From positions 1 through 37,784 of the forward strand of contig JAAYQB010000143.1 of the NCBI GenBank assembly GCA_012519525.1: DNA of 37,784 bases. Direction: 5' to 3'. The translations under genes were made by a program, and so were the position numbers. The notes beneath the pieces were generated by a model, which did no database searches, had not been told where the DNA came from, and saw nothing but the letters and a program-made list of their open reading frames with translations. Source of the stretch: Bacteroidales bacterium (GTDB lineage: Bacteria; Bacteroidota; Bacteroidia; Bacteroidales; WCHB1-69). Positions 1-9,406 of this stretch are shown here, piece by piece (position 1 is the first letter of the stretch; the number at the start of each line of letters is the position of its first letter).

Positions 1-21
1 ACACGTTGTGAAACAAAGTCT

Positions 22-58
22 CCCCAACAACCCCTCCCAGCCTCCCCAAATGGGGAGG
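22..58. repeat. GC-rich arm: C-tracts plus palindrome CCTCCCCAAATGGGGAGG
   Basis: CCCC-AACAA-CCCC-T-CCC-AGCCT-CCCC, merging into an 18-nt palindrome at 41-58. The minus strand fits the G3+N1-7 x4 quadruplex pattern at 22-47. Confidence 0.7.
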
Positions 59-128
59 AGCATGATAGATAGATAGTTGCAAAAAACAACCATTTTTTTC
101 TAAACCAATAAATTTAATTGTATTTTGT

Positions 129-169
129 AAAACAAAACTCATCGGATGACTCGAAGCCATCAGATGAGT
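129..169 (-). terminator. orphan intrinsic terminator-like hairpin (minus strand)
   Basis: On the minus strand: ACTCATCTGATGGC TTC GAGTCATCCGATGAGT (about 15 bp stem with one mismatch and one G-U), followed by TTTGTTTT. No minus-strand ORF lies upstream of it. Confidence 0.5.
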
Positions 170-207
170 AAATAACGCAATAAACTTACAATACATTGAT
201 AATCACA

Positions 208-264
208 CCCTCCCCATTTGGGGAGGGTAAGGGTGGGGTCAAGATTTGGAGGGCAAAGGTGGGG
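208..264. repeat. GC-rich arm: palindrome CCCTCCCCATTTGGGGAGGG plus G-tracts (inverted copy of 22-58)
   Basis: The reverse complement of the 41-58 core occurs at 209-226. GGGG-A-GGG-TAA-GGG-T-GGGG at 220-238 fits the quadruplex pattern. Further GGAGGG and GGTGGGG tracts extend to 264. Confidence 0.7.
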
Positions 265-303
265 TAAATAGTTATTTTTTATTGATTGAAACAAATAAAA
301 GTA

Positions 304-311
304 TACTTTTG
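304..311 (+). promoter_or_regulatory. Bacteroidota sigma-A -7 box (TAnnTTTG): TACTTTTG
   Basis: Exact consensus match 37 nt upstream of the 348 start. The motif is AT-rich and occurs by chance, so placement is the main support. Confidence 0.45.
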
Positions 312-347
312 CAACGTTAAAAAATAAAAATATTAACAAAAAATAAC

Positions 348-836
348 ATGAAACGTTACATTATATTATTCGTAATTTTATTCGTTGTAATAGGTGCTAT
401 AGTTATAGGTTTAGCATATGATTTAATAAAAAGCACGTGGCATACTGAAGTTTTATATACATATAAAAATATTTCTATTCTTAGAGTATCATATCCTAGT
501 AAAACATCATTTTATTACTATAAGAATAACAAGAAAATAAATGGAAAAATTATTACTACTTATTCCGGTATAAATAATGGTTTTTCAGGATATTTATGTT
601 TTCACTCAAATAATAAGATTTCCATTTTATCTGGAGATGGCTATTTTAAAGTTATAGATATTGATACAACATTGTTCAATTATCAAAGAATATATGCTTA
701 TAATAGACCTATATTAGGTGATACGATATGCATTATTTCTTCTTATTTAGAACAGGAAAAAGAAGAAAATAGTAAATTAGATCTTAACATAAATATAATA
801 TATAAGAATAATTTACATAACTATTCTTCTTGGTAG
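348..836 (+). CDS. hypothetical membrane-anchored protein, no recognisable domain
   Basis: 162-aa ORF with one N-terminal hydrophobic helix (ILFVILFVVIGAIVIGLA). The body is N/Y/I/K-rich and visibly more AT-rich than neighbouring genes. A TAnnTTTG box lies 37 nt upstream. I recognise no conserved motif. Confidence 0.45.
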   Translation: MKRYIILFVILFVVIGAIVIGLAYDLIKSTWHTEVLYTYKNISILRVSYPSKTSFYYYKNNKKINGKIITTYSGINNGFSGYLCFHSNNKISILSGDGYFKVIDIDTTLFNYQRIYAYNRPILGDTICIISSYLEQEKEENSKLDLNINIIYKNNLHNYSSW

Positions 837-973
837 TGTCCCATCTTATACTTTAAAAACCAAAACGGAAATAATCAAAGCTCTCGTTTTTTATAAATTT
901 TTGTCTTTTGCTTTATTATAGAATAAAATCAAATTTTTAAGCTATTTTTCTTTATTGCTATTGTATTTTGATA

Positions 974-981
974 TATTTTTG
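974..981 (+). promoter_or_regulatory. -7 box TATTTTTG for the AMP nucleosidase / ABC genes
   Basis: Consensus TAnnTTTG 36 nt upstream of ATG 1017, in a 180-nt intergenic gap. Confidence 0.5.
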
Positions 982-1016
982 CAGTTGTTGTTTAAGCGTC
1001 ACAAAATATAAACGTA

Positions 1017-1796
1017 ATGAAAACAAAAAAAAACATTGTAGAAAATTGGCTTCCGCGATACACGGGATTACGGTTGGAAGAATTTGGAGAATATATTATT
1101 CTCAGCAATTTCAAAAACTATGTAAAAGACTTTGCCAACATTATGAATACGGATATTCGAGGCTTGGATTATCCTATGCAAAGTGCTACAAAAGACAATA
1201 TTACCATTATTAATTTTTCCATGGGCAGTCCGATGGCAGCCACTATTATGGATTTGCTGACCGCCATTATGCCCAAAGCCGTTTTGTTTTTAGGAAAAAC
1301 AGGCAGTTTAAAGCCTTACTTAAAATTAGGCGAGTTGTTGCTTCCCATTGCAGCCATAAGAGGCGAAGGAACATCCAACGATTATTTTCCTATGGAAGTA
1401 CCTGCCCTACCCGCTTTTAATCTACAAAAAGCCATTTCGTCTACCGTTCGCGACTACGGAAGAGAATACTGGACGGGAACCGTTTACACCACCAACCGCA
1501 GAGTATGGGAATACGATGAAGAATTTAAAGCCTATTTAGCACGTGTCAGAAGCACCGCCATTGATATGGAAACGGCAACACTTTTTTCGGTCGGTTTTTA
1601 CAACAAAATACCGACAGGAGCTTTACTGCTCGTTTCCGACCAACCCTTGTTTGCCGACGGCATTAAAACCGAAGAAAGCGACAAAAAAGTTACCGAACAA
1701 TACGCCGAAGAACATTTAAGAATAGGCATAGACTCTTTAAAACAACTAATTAACAAAGGATTAACCGTAAAACACTTACGTTTCGATTATTATTAA
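1017..1796 (+). CDS. AMP nucleosidase-type nucleoside phosphorylase (PNP_UDP_1 family, short Bacteroidota form)
   Basis: 259 aa. The N-terminus (IVENWLPRYTG) and the DMETATLF motif are typical of the catalytic-domain-only AMP nucleosidase / nucleoside phosphorylase family. A promoter box lies 36 nt upstream. Confidence 0.8.
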   Translation: MKTKKNIVENWLPRYTGLRLEEFGEYIILSNFKNYVKDFANIMNTDIRGLDYPMQSATKDNITIINFSMGSPMAATIMDLLTAIMPKAVLFLGKTGSLKPYLKLGELLLPIAAIRGEGTSNDYFPMEVPALPAFNLQKAISSTVRDYGREYWTGTVYTTNRRVWEYDEEFKAYLARVRSTAIDMETATLFSVGFYNKIPTGALLLVSDQPLFADGIKTEESDKKVTEQYAEEHLRIGIDSLKQLINKGLTVKHLRFDYY

Positions 1797-1816
1797 TACA
1801 ATAAATAGATAAGAAA

Positions 1817-2539
1817 TTGGAATACACCATTGTCGTTAAAAATTTAACAAAAAAATTCGGAGACTTTACTTCCGTTAACAATATTTCTTTTAAAGTAAAA
1901 AAAGGAGAAATATTCGGTTTGTTAGGAGCTAACGGAGCCGGAAAAACGACCACTATCCGTATGTTATGCGGTTTGCTTATTCCCACTTCGGGAATGATGG
2001 AAATAGCCGGCTACAATGTCTTCACACACGGCAAAGAAATCAGAAAGTGCATAGGCTATATGAGCCAAAAATTTTCACTCTACGAAGACCTTACCATTAT
2101 CGAAAACTTAGAACTATTCGGAACTATTTATAATATACCGAAAAAAATATTGCAAAAAAGAATTTTAAACATCATAGCCCGTCTCAACATTCGCGATTTT
2201 GCCAACAGCAAAGTGCTGTCCTTGCCCCTTGGTCAAAAACAAAAATTGGCATTTGCTACCGCCTTGATTCACAAACCCGAAATTGTCTTTTTAGACGAAC
2301 CCACCAGTGGCGTCGACCCCTTGGTGCGTAGAGATTTTTGGAACATGATTTACGAAAGTGCCTCGCAAGGAATTACCATCATCGTTACCACCCACTATAT
2401 GGACGAAGCCGAATACTGCAACCGCTTATGTTTTATGTCGAACGGTAAAATCGAAGTCATTGGCAATCCCAACAAATTAAAAGAAAAATACAAAGTAGCG
2501 TCCATGACGGAAGTATTTCAAAAAATAACCAATCGCTAA
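1817..2539 (+). CDS. ABC transporter ATP-binding protein
   Basis: Walker A GANGAGKTT, signature-like LPLGQKQKL, Walker B IVFLDEPT. TTG start; there is no in-frame ATG upstream. Confidence 0.9.
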   Translation: MEYTIVVKNLTKKFGDFTSVNNISFKVKKGEIFGLLGANGAGKTTTIRMLCGLLIPTSGMMEIAGYNVFTHGKEIRKCIGYMSQKFSLYEDLTIIENLELFGTIYNIPKKILQKRILNIIARLNIRDFANSKVLSLPLGQKQKLAFATALIHKPEIVFLDEPTSGVDPLVRRDFWNMIYESASQGITIIVTTHYMDEAEYCNRLCFMSNGKIEVIGNPNKLKEKYKVASMTEVFQKITNR

Positions 2540-2543
2540 AAAA

Positions 2544-3653
2544 ATGGAATCGTTTAAAGCTATACTAATCAAAGAATTCAGACATATTTTCAGGGATGTG
2601 CGTACCCTTGTTTTGATTTTTGCCATGCCCATCGTATTGGTCGTATTATTCGGACATACCATTAGAAACGAAATTTCAAATATCAAAATAGCCGTCTTGG
2701 ATTATTCGCAAGACACCTACTCTAAATTATTAATAGAAAAAATGACCGCTTCCACTTATTTCAAACTTACCAAACAATTAAATTCGGAAAGCGAAATAGA
2801 ACAAGCATTTCAACAAGGCATCATACACATGGCAATAGTGATTCCCCGCAATTTTGAAGAAAGCATTGTGCGATTCAAATCAACCGACATACAGCTCATT
2901 ACGGAAGCATCGAACATCAACGTTGCCACTACTTTAGAGAGCTATGGAAAACAAATCATCAAAGATTTCGAAAAAGAAATCAATAAAAATCACAGCAATT
3001 ACATCCCTTTCGATGTAAATGTAAAAATGCAATACAACCCTTCATTAGAAAGTGCTTACATGTTTATACCGGGCAATATAGCATTGATTATGATTATAGT
3101 TACGGCTTTAATGACATCCATAACGCTTGCCCGCGAAAAAGAAACGGGAAGCTGGAATATGTTGGCTATCACCCCGGTAAACCAACTCACAATGGTAATA
3201 GCTAAAATAATTCCTTATATGCTTATCTCGCTCATCTGTACGGCTATCGTAATCCTACTCGGAATTTTTATGTTCAATATGCCCATGAAAGGCAGCTTTG
3301 CCCTATTAACGATAGTTTGCATACTGTTTATGCTCACCGCCTGCTCTATCGGAATACTGATTTCCGTTATTACCAAAACACAACAAGAGGCGATGTTGCT
3401 CTGTATGTTAGGCTTATTTTTGCCTGCCTTATTGCTTTCGGGCTTTATTTTTCCCATTGAAAACATGCCTTGGGCAATACAAATATTTTCCTATATCGTC
3501 CCTGCCACATGGTTCATTGTCGCATTGAAAGACATTATGATAAAAGGTGCGGGACTGATTACCGTTTGGCTTCCGGTAGCAATTTTAACAGCTACCACAA
3601 TTATTTTAATCGTAGTGAGTGTGAAAAAATTAATGTCGAAAAATATTTCTTAA
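2544..3653 (+). CDS. ABC-2 type transporter permease
   Basis: 369 aa with one N-terminal TM helix, a large extracytoplasmic loop and a C-terminal cluster of about 5 TM helices. It starts 4 nt after the ATPase gene. Confidence 0.85.
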   Translation: MESFKAILIKEFRHIFRDVRTLVLIFAMPIVLVVLFGHTIRNEISNIKIAVLDYSQDTYSKLLIEKMTASTYFKLTKQLNSESEIEQAFQQGIIHMAIVIPRNFEESIVRFKSTDIQLITEASNINVATTLESYGKQIIKDFEKEINKNHSNYIPFDVNVKMQYNPSLESAYMFIPGNIALIMIIVTALMTSITLAREKETGSWNMLAITPVNQLTMVIAKIIPYMLISLICTAIVILLGIFMFNMPMKGSFALLTIVCILFMLTACSIGILISVITKTQQEAMLLCMLGLFLPALLLSGFIFPIENMPWAIQIFSYIVPATWFIVALKDIMIKGAGLITVWLPVAILTATTIILIVVSVKKLMSKNIS

Positions 3654-3712
3654 TATTTTATCCTTTTCTACATTAAGTGAGAAAAGATGCACATTTATCA
3701 TAAAAAAAATTA

Positions 3713-3720
3713 TAACTTTG
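3713..3720 (+). promoter_or_regulatory. -7 box TAACTTTG for tig-clpP-clpX
   Basis: Consensus match 35 nt upstream of the tig ATG. The downstream genes are separated by only 16-21 nt. Confidence 0.55.
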
Positions 3721-3754
3721 CAAATTATTTTTATTAAACTCAACTTAACAGAGA

Positions 3755-5131
3755 ATGAATATCTTAAAAGAAAACATCGGTCAATTAAACGACATCATTT
3801 CATTAGAAGTACAAGCAACTGATTATAAAGAAAAAGTAGAAAACACACTGAAAGACCTAAGACGCAAAGCGAATATACCCGGTTTTAGAGTAGGACATGT
3901 CCCTATGGGTATGATTAATAAAATGTACCGAAAATCGGTGCTTGCCGACGAAATAACCAAGATAGTACAAGATAATTTATTAAACTACATAAAAGAAAAC
4001 AATATCAATATCTTGTTCGAACCGCTTCCTCTTCCCGAAAAAACACAAGGCGATTTCGATAAGGAAGACGGAAATTTTACGTTCTTTTTTGAAATCGGAC
4101 TGCAACCCGAATTTGAAATTGATTATGAAAAAACAAAAAAAATCAAGTACCTGAAAATATCTGCCAACGAGAAAGATATCGAAGAGGAAATAAAGAAAAT
4201 GAGACACAAAATGGGTAAATTTTCCTCTACGGAAGTAGTTGCCGACGAAGATATGCTGTTGGTGAAAGTACTTGCAGAAGACGATGTAAAAGAAGAATTT
4301 ACCGCTTCGCTATTGCTAAGCTACGTAAAAGAAGAACATAAAAAATTATTTATTGGAAAAAAACTGCACGATAGTATACAATTCAACACCCAAGAAGTAT
4401 TTAAAAGCGAATACGAACGCTCTACTTTCTTAAAAGTAAAAATAGAAGATTTAGCCGATGCACCTCGCACCATCAGCATTCAAATTGATGCAATACACCA
4501 CATTGAATTAGCCGAACTAAACGATGAGTTTTTCAAGAATGCATTTCCTAACGCTGAGGTCAAAGACGAAAAATCGTTGAAAGAACATGTAAGAAAACAA
4601 ATCGAATTGGGTTACGAAAGAGACGAAAAAATGTATTTTCATACAAAAGTCATGGAAATGTTAATGGACAACATCAACATTGATTTACCCTCAGATTTTA
4701 TAAAAAAATATTTACTGTCGGATAATAACAAAGAATATACCGCTGAAAACATTGATGAAAAATACGATGGAATCAAAAAATCTATTCTCTATCAACTCAT
4801 TGAAGATAAAATTGCTAAAGCGGCAAAAATTGATGTCGGCAAAGATGAAATCACTCGATACATCAAAGATTATATCCGCAGTGCTTATTTTGGAACTGCT
4901 TCCAATCAAACACTTCCCGAAGAACAAGAGCAACAAATAGCAAGTTTTACCAACGAAATGTTAAAAAAATCGGAAAATGTGAAAAATGCTTATGAAAATA
5001 TTTTTTCCGAAAAAATCATTGCGGAACTGATAAAAAACATCAATCCGACCATAGAAAAAGTAACTTTCGATAAATTTGTTGAAATCATCAGCAATAAACC
5101 CGAAAAAAAACAAAAAAAATCCGTTAAATAA
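3755..5131 (+). CDS. tig: trigger factor
   Basis: 458 aa. The N-terminal ribosome-binding region has the GFRVGHVP motif (GFRxGxxP signature). Classical tig-clpP-clpX synteny. TAACTTTG box 35 nt upstream. Confidence 0.9.
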   Translation: MNILKENIGQLNDIISLEVQATDYKEKVENTLKDLRRKANIPGFRVGHVPMGMINKMYRKSVLADEITKIVQDNLLNYIKENNINILFEPLPLPEKTQGDFDKEDGNFTFFFEIGLQPEFEIDYEKTKKIKYLKISANEKDIEEEIKKMRHKMGKFSSTEVVADEDMLLVKVLAEDDVKEEFTASLLLSYVKEEHKKLFIGKKLHDSIQFNTQEVFKSEYERSTFLKVKIEDLADAPRTISIQIDAIHHIELAELNDEFFKNAFPNAEVKDEKSLKEHVRKQIELGYERDEKMYFHTKVMEMLMDNINIDLPSDFIKKYLLSDNNKEYTAENIDEKYDGIKKSILYQLIEDKIAKAAKIDVGKDEITRYIKDYIRSAYFGTASNQTLPEEQEQQIASFTNEMLKKSENVKNAYENIFSEKIIAELIKNINPTIEKVTFDKFVEIISNKPEKKQKKSVK

Positions 5132-5152
5132 TAACACTAAATAGCTAAAAAC

Positions 5153-5821
5153 ATGAAAGATGAATTTAGAAAATATGCAGTCAAACACGCAGGTATCAGC
5201 AGCATGACACTTCATCGCTATACCTCAATAGCCAACGAATACATAACACCCAATATCATTGAAGAACGACAACTCAATGCGGTAGCTATGGACGTTTTCT
5301 CGCGTTTAATGATGGACAGAATCATATTTATGGGTGTTCCTATTTTTGATGACGTTGCCAATATCATACAAGCACAATTGCTTTTTTTAGAGTCGGTTGA
5401 CTCAAAAAAAGACATTCAAATCTATATCAATTCACCGGGCGGCTCAGTATACGCAGGCTTAGGAATTTACGACACCATGCAATACATTGAAGCCGATGTA
5501 GCCACTATTTGCACCGGCATGGCAGCGTCTATGAGTGCCGTTTTATTATGTGCAGGAGCACCCAAAAAACGTTCCGCTCTTACACATTCGCGTATCATGT
5601 TGCACCAACCTATGGGCGGCGTATCGGGACAAGCATCCGACATTGAAATAGAAGCCCGTGAAATACAAAAAATAAAGAAAGAACTTTACGAAATTATTTC
5701 AAAACATACCCAACAACCCTACGATAAAGTGTGGGAAGACTCTGACAGAGACTATTGGATGACATCGCAAGAGGCAAAAGCCTACGGTATGATAGACGAA
5801 GTTTTACAAAGAACAAAATAA
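5153..5821 (+). CDS. clpP: ATP-dependent Clp protease proteolytic subunit
   Basis: Catalytic Ser context [13 protein letters not shown] His and DRD Asp motifs; 222 aa. Confidence 0.95.
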   Translation: MKDEFRKYAVKHAGISSMTLHRYTSIANEYITPNIIEERQLNAVAMDVFSRLMMDRIIFMGVPIFDDVANIIQAQLLFLESVDSKKDIQIYINSPGGSVYAGLGIYDTMQYIEADVATICTGMAASMSAVLLCAGAPKKRSALTHSRIMLHQPMGGVSGQASDIEIEAREIQKIKKELYEIISKHTQQPYDKVWEDSDRDYWMTSQEAKAYGMIDEVLQRTK

Positions 5822-5837
5822 TAATTTTTCTATTTTT

Positions 5838-7061
5838 ATGGCTAAAACAGGAAGAAATAAAAGAACATGTTCTTTTTGCGGTAACGAAGAGAGCAATCAA
5901 CTACTGCTTTTAGACGGTATTGACGCTCATATTTGTGAAAACTGTGTGCAAACAGCCAATAATATATTGCGAAAAATACACAACGATTACAAAAACAATA
6001 TTGTAGAAACATTTACTTTCGACAAAAAACCTATCGAAATCAAAAACTTCTTAGATAAATACATTATCGGTCAAGAAGAAGCAAAAAAAGTAATCTCTGT
6101 AGCTGTTTACAATCACTATAAACGCATACGTTATTATCAAAATAAAAAAGAACAAGACGATGTAGAAATCGACAAATCAAATATTATTTTGGTCGGTGAA
6201 ACGGGAATAGGGAAAACATTATTAGCTAGCACAATAGCCAAATTATTGGACGTTCCTTTTTGCATTGCCGATGCCACCGTTTTTACGCAAGCGGGCTATG
6301 TAGGCGAAGATGTTGAAAGCATTTTAAGCAGGCTATTACAAGCTGCCGATTACAACGTAAGCAAAGCCGAAAAAGGAATCGTTTTTATTGATGAAATAGA
6401 TAAAATAGCACGCAAATCCGATAATCCGTCCATTACACGCGATGTGTCGGGCGAAGGAGTGCAACAAGCACTATTAAAGCTATTGGAAGGCAGCATTATA
6501 AATGTTCCACCCGAAGGCGGAAGAAAACATCCCGAACAAAAATTCATCCAAATCGACACTAAAAATATTTTGTTCATTGCAGGAGGTGCCTTTGACGGTA
6601 TCGAAAAAAAAATAGCCAATCGTTTAAATACGAAAGTCATCGGTTATAAGAAAAACGGAAATAAAATACACGACGACGATATGCTTCAACACATTACATC
6701 GCAAGACATCAGAGCCTACGGCTTAATCCCCGAAATATGCGGGCGATTTCCGGTAGTTACCTATATGACTAAATTAGACGAAGATGCACTGAAACGAATA
6801 TTGTTAGAACCTAAAAATGCGTTGACCAAACAATACCAAAAACTGTTGGAAATAGACGATATCCATTTAACATTCGATGACGAAGCCATCTCTGCAATAG
6901 TAGAAAAAACGGTAGAGTTAAAATTAGGCGCCAGAGGATTACGCACCATCATCGAAAAAATTATGACGGATGCCATGTTCGATTTTCCGGGTAAAAACAA
7001 GAAAAAATTACATATCACCAAAGCATACGTAATAGATAAATTAGCAGTTATTAACAAATAA
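5838..7061 (+). CDS. clpX: ATP-dependent Clp protease ATP-binding subunit ClpX
   Basis: N-terminal zinc-binding CSFCG...CENC, Walker A GETGIGKT, Walker [10 protein letters not shown]-terminal GARGLR sensor motif. Confidence 0.95.
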   Translation: MAKTGRNKRTCSFCGNEESNQLLLLDGIDAHICENCVQTANNILRKIHNDYKNNIVETFTFDKKPIEIKNFLDKYIIGQEEAKKVISVAVYNHYKRIRYYQNKKEQDDVEIDKSNIILVGETGIGKTLLASTIAKLLDVPFCIADATVFTQAGYVGEDVESILSRLLQAADYNVSKAEKGIVFIDEIDKIARKSDNPSITRDVSGEGVQQALLKLLEGSIINVPPEGGRKHPEQKFIQIDTKNILFIAGGAFDGIEKKIANRLNTKVIGYKKNGNKIHDDDMLQHITSQDIRAYGLIPEICGRFPVVTYMTKLDEDALKRILLEPKNALTKQYQKLLEIDDIHLTFDDEAISAIVEKTVELKLGARGLRTIIEKIMTDAMFDFPGKNKKKLHITKAYVIDKLAVINK

Positions 7062-7102
7062 AAAAATAAATTAATTTTAATTAAAAAAATCTTATTCAGA
7101 CA

Positions 7103-7552
7103 ATGGATTTAAAAAAAATATTGATAGTATCGGGAAAAAGCGGACTGTTTTATATTGTTAATCAAGGAAAAGACCGTATAATAGTAGAATCTATTCAAGA
7201 TAAATCACGCCATCCTATTTTTCCTTCTAATAAAGTGATTTCCTTAGAAGATATTAGTATTTTCACCAATGCCGAAGAAGTACCGCTCAAAAAGGTGTTT
7301 TTGAAAATATTTGAACTTGAAAATGGACAAAAATGCATTGACAATAAATCTGATAGCAATGCATTAAAAACATATATGGAGAAAGTATTACCCGAATATG
7401 ACAGAGAAAAAGTGTATGTTTCGGACATGAAAAAATTGTTTGCTTGGTATAATTTATTAATCGAGCATAATATGCTCAACTTTGACGATATCAAGAAAGA
7501 AGAAGAAGAAAAAGAAAAAAAGACGGAAGAAAATTCTTCCGATAATCAATAA
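7103..7552 (+). CDS. conserved Bacteroidota protein of unknown function (DUF5606-like) with acidic/lysine-rich tail
   Basis: 149 aa. The N-terminal pattern ILIVSGKSGLFYIV...IVESI and the later LEDISIFT, VLPEYDREKVYVSDMKK and WYN segments match my memory of the DUF5606 family. The assignment is from recollection only. Confidence 0.6.
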   Translation: MDLKKILIVSGKSGLFYIVNQGKDRIIVESIQDKSRHPIFPSNKVISLEDISIFTNAEEVPLKKVFLKIFELENGQKCIDNKSDSNALKTYMEKVLPEYDREKVYVSDMKKLFAWYNLLIEHNMLNFDDIKKEEEEKEKKTEENSSDNQ

Positions 7553-7654
7553 ATTATTAAACTGTGAAGCAAACATGCCCAACCGACTGACAACAAGCAG
7601 ATAATTGTAAGGCATGTGAGTTCCATACGACCATCAACTAAAAAACACGAACGT

Positions 7655-8080
7655 ATGAAAAAAAAATGGATATGCAGCAAGGAAGAAGATTTGTATTATA
7701 TTGCTTCCCAATTATTTGCTAAATATCCCCATCAACTTATCTTCTCTTTAAAAGGCGATATGGGAGTAGGTAAAACAACCTTCATGAAATACGTTTGTCG
7801 TTATTTGCAAAGCAAGGATAAGGTAAGCAGTCCTACTTTCTCTATTGTCAATGAATACGAATTGCCCAACAATAAAAAATTATATCATTTTGATTTTTAT
7901 CGAATTAAAAGTATTGATGAAGCTATTAATATTGGTGTGGAAGACTATTTTTACAGCAATCACTATTGTTTTTTCGAATGGGCTGAAAGAATCAATACAT
8001 TACTACCGCCTGATACCATAGAAATAACCATATCTATAGATTATTCCGATAACAAAGAAAATAGAATTTTTAGTTTTTAG
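7655..8080 (+). CDS. tsaE: tRNA threonylcarbamoyladenosine (t6A) biosynthesis ATPase TsaE
   Basis: P-loop GDMGVGKTTF, SPTFSIVNEY and HFDFYR motifs. I chose ATG 7655 (141 aa, typical TsaE length) over the track's GTG at 7616. Confidence 0.85.
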   Translation: MKKKWICSKEEDLYYIASQLFAKYPHQLIFSLKGDMGVGKTTFMKYVCRYLQSKDKVSSPTFSIVNEYELPNNKKLYHFDFYRIKSIDEAINIGVEDYFYSNHYCFFEWAERINTLLPPDTIEITISIDYSDNKENRIFSF

Positions 8081-9348
8081 TATTTATAGGTGTTTTTCCA
8101 CATTTTTTGCAATTGGCTACGCAAGTCCTTTTCTCTTGCGTTATTTCCCGGCTCGTAGAATTTTTTCCCTTTTAATTCTTGCGGCATAAAATCGCTTTCA
8201 ATAAAATTTCCCTGAAAATCATGTGCATACTTATAGCCGGCACCATACGATAAATTTTTCATAAGACCGGTAGGTGCATTCCGAAGAGCAAGAGGAACCG
8301 ATAAATTTTTTGTTTTTTCTACAGCACTAAGTGCTGCTTCTATAGCAAGATAAGAGGCATTGCTTTTGGGAGAGCAAGCCAAATAAATAGCCGTTTGCGA
8401 CAAGATAATACGCGATTCGGGCATACCAATCATTGTTACAGCCTGAAAGCAATTGGTAGCAAGCAATAAAGCATTGGGATTAGCATTTCCTATGTCTTCG
8501 GCAGCCAAAATCACCATTCGACGAGCAATGAATTTAGGGTCTTCGCCCGCCGCAATCATACGAGCAAGCCAATACAGTGCGGCATTGGGATCGCTACCAC
8601 GCATTGATTTAATAAAAGCAGAAATAACATCGTAATGCATTTCGCCCGATTTATCGTAAATTTGCAAGTTTTGCTGTATAACATTCATTACCGTTTCGTC
8701 GGTAACTTGTATTTCATCTTCTTTCGAAACAAGACTGTAAACACTTAATTCAAAAGCATTGAGCAACTTCCTTACATCACCCCCCGAAATATACATCAAG
8801 GCATCGGTAGAGTGAATAACTATTGTCTTCGATAATTTTTTTTGCAATAATTCCTTTGCTTGTTCTAAAATTTTCTTGAGATGACTTTCTTCCAAAGGCT
8901 TCAATATATAGATTTGACAACGCGACAATAAGGGAGAAATGACTTCAAAAGACGGATTTTCGGTGGTAGCCCCAATTAAAGTAACGATTCCTTGCTCAAC
9001 AGCACCCAACAAGGAATCTTGTTGAGACTTACTAAAACGGTGAATTTCATCTATAAACAGAATAGAGGGTGCATTCGTTTTTTTCGCATTATCAATAACT
9101 TCACGCACTTCGCGAACACCGGAATTAATAGCACTTAATTTGTAAAAATTAAACTTTAAATGTTCCGCTATAAGATAGGCTAATGTCGTTTTGCCTACAC
9201 CGGGAGGTCCCCATAAAATCATTGAAGGTATTTTCCCCATATCCAACGATTTACGAAGAATAGCCCCCTCGCCTACTAAAAACTCTTGTCCGTAATATTC
9301 ATCAAAGGATGTAGGACGCATTTCTTCTGCTAAAGGAACTGATTTCAT
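8077..9348 (-). CDS. rarA: replication-associated recombination protein A (AAA+ ATPase)
   Basis: 423 aa. Walker A GPPGVGKTT, Walker B FIDEIHRF, C-terminal MgsA-type region (HYDVISAFIKSMRGSDPNAALYWLARM). Confidence 0.93.
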   Translation of the reverse strand: MKSVPLAEEMRPTSFDEYYGQEFLVGEGAILRKSLDMGKIPSMILWGPPGVGKTTLAYLIAEHLKFNFYKLSAINSGVREVREVIDNAKKTNAPSILFIDEIHRFSKSQQDSLLGAVEQGIVTLIGATTENPSFEVISPLLSRCQIYILKPLEESHLKKILEQAKELLQKKLSKTIVIHSTDALMYISGGDVRKLLNAFELSVYSLVSKEDEIQVTDETVMNVIQQNLQIYDKSGEMHYDVISAFIKSMRGSDPNAALYWLARMIAAGEDPKFIARRMVILAAEDIGNANPNALLLATNCFQAVTMIGMPESRIILSQTAIYLACSPKSNASYLAIEAALSAVEKTKNLSVPLALRNAPTGLMKNLSYGAGYKYAHDFQGNFIESDFMPQELKGKKFYEPGNNAREKDLRSQLQKMWKNTYKY

Positions 9349-9406
9349 ACTAAAATATAATTCTACAAATCAATAAAAATTGAATTGCAAATCGTTTTGA
9401 TTTATA

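Noticed and set aside
1023-1032. Homopolymeric A8-A10 tracts in or near coding starts (e.g. 1023-1032, 7658-7666, 5103-5120, 13473-13482), considered as phase-variation slippage sites
   Set aside because: These are expected at this frequency in an AT-rich genome. The in-gene ones encode Lys runs in non-critical termini, and there is no evidence of frame alternatives.
1017-3653. PNP-family nucleosidase next to an ABC-2 exporter, considered as a possible nucleotide-degrading defence effector module
   Set aside because: The phosphorylase has the standard short Bacteroidota AMP-nucleosidase N-terminus and size. There is no sensor kinase, response regulator, cyclase or other defence partner, so it reads as housekeeping.
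7616-7654. GTG-initiated 13-codon N-terminal extension of tsaE (and likewise the TTG start at 13328 for the NifU-like gene)
   Set aside because: ATG 7655 gives the canonical TsaE length of about 140 aa. The NifU TTG lies inside its own -7 promoter box. Both extensions are non-conserved-looking sequence.
8077-9348. RarA, UvrD (15994-18303) and RecG (28601-30724) considered as defence-type helicases or ATPases
   Set aside because: All three have full canonical motif sets and typical lengths, and they sit among housekeeping genes. No nuclease, methylase or effector partners are present.
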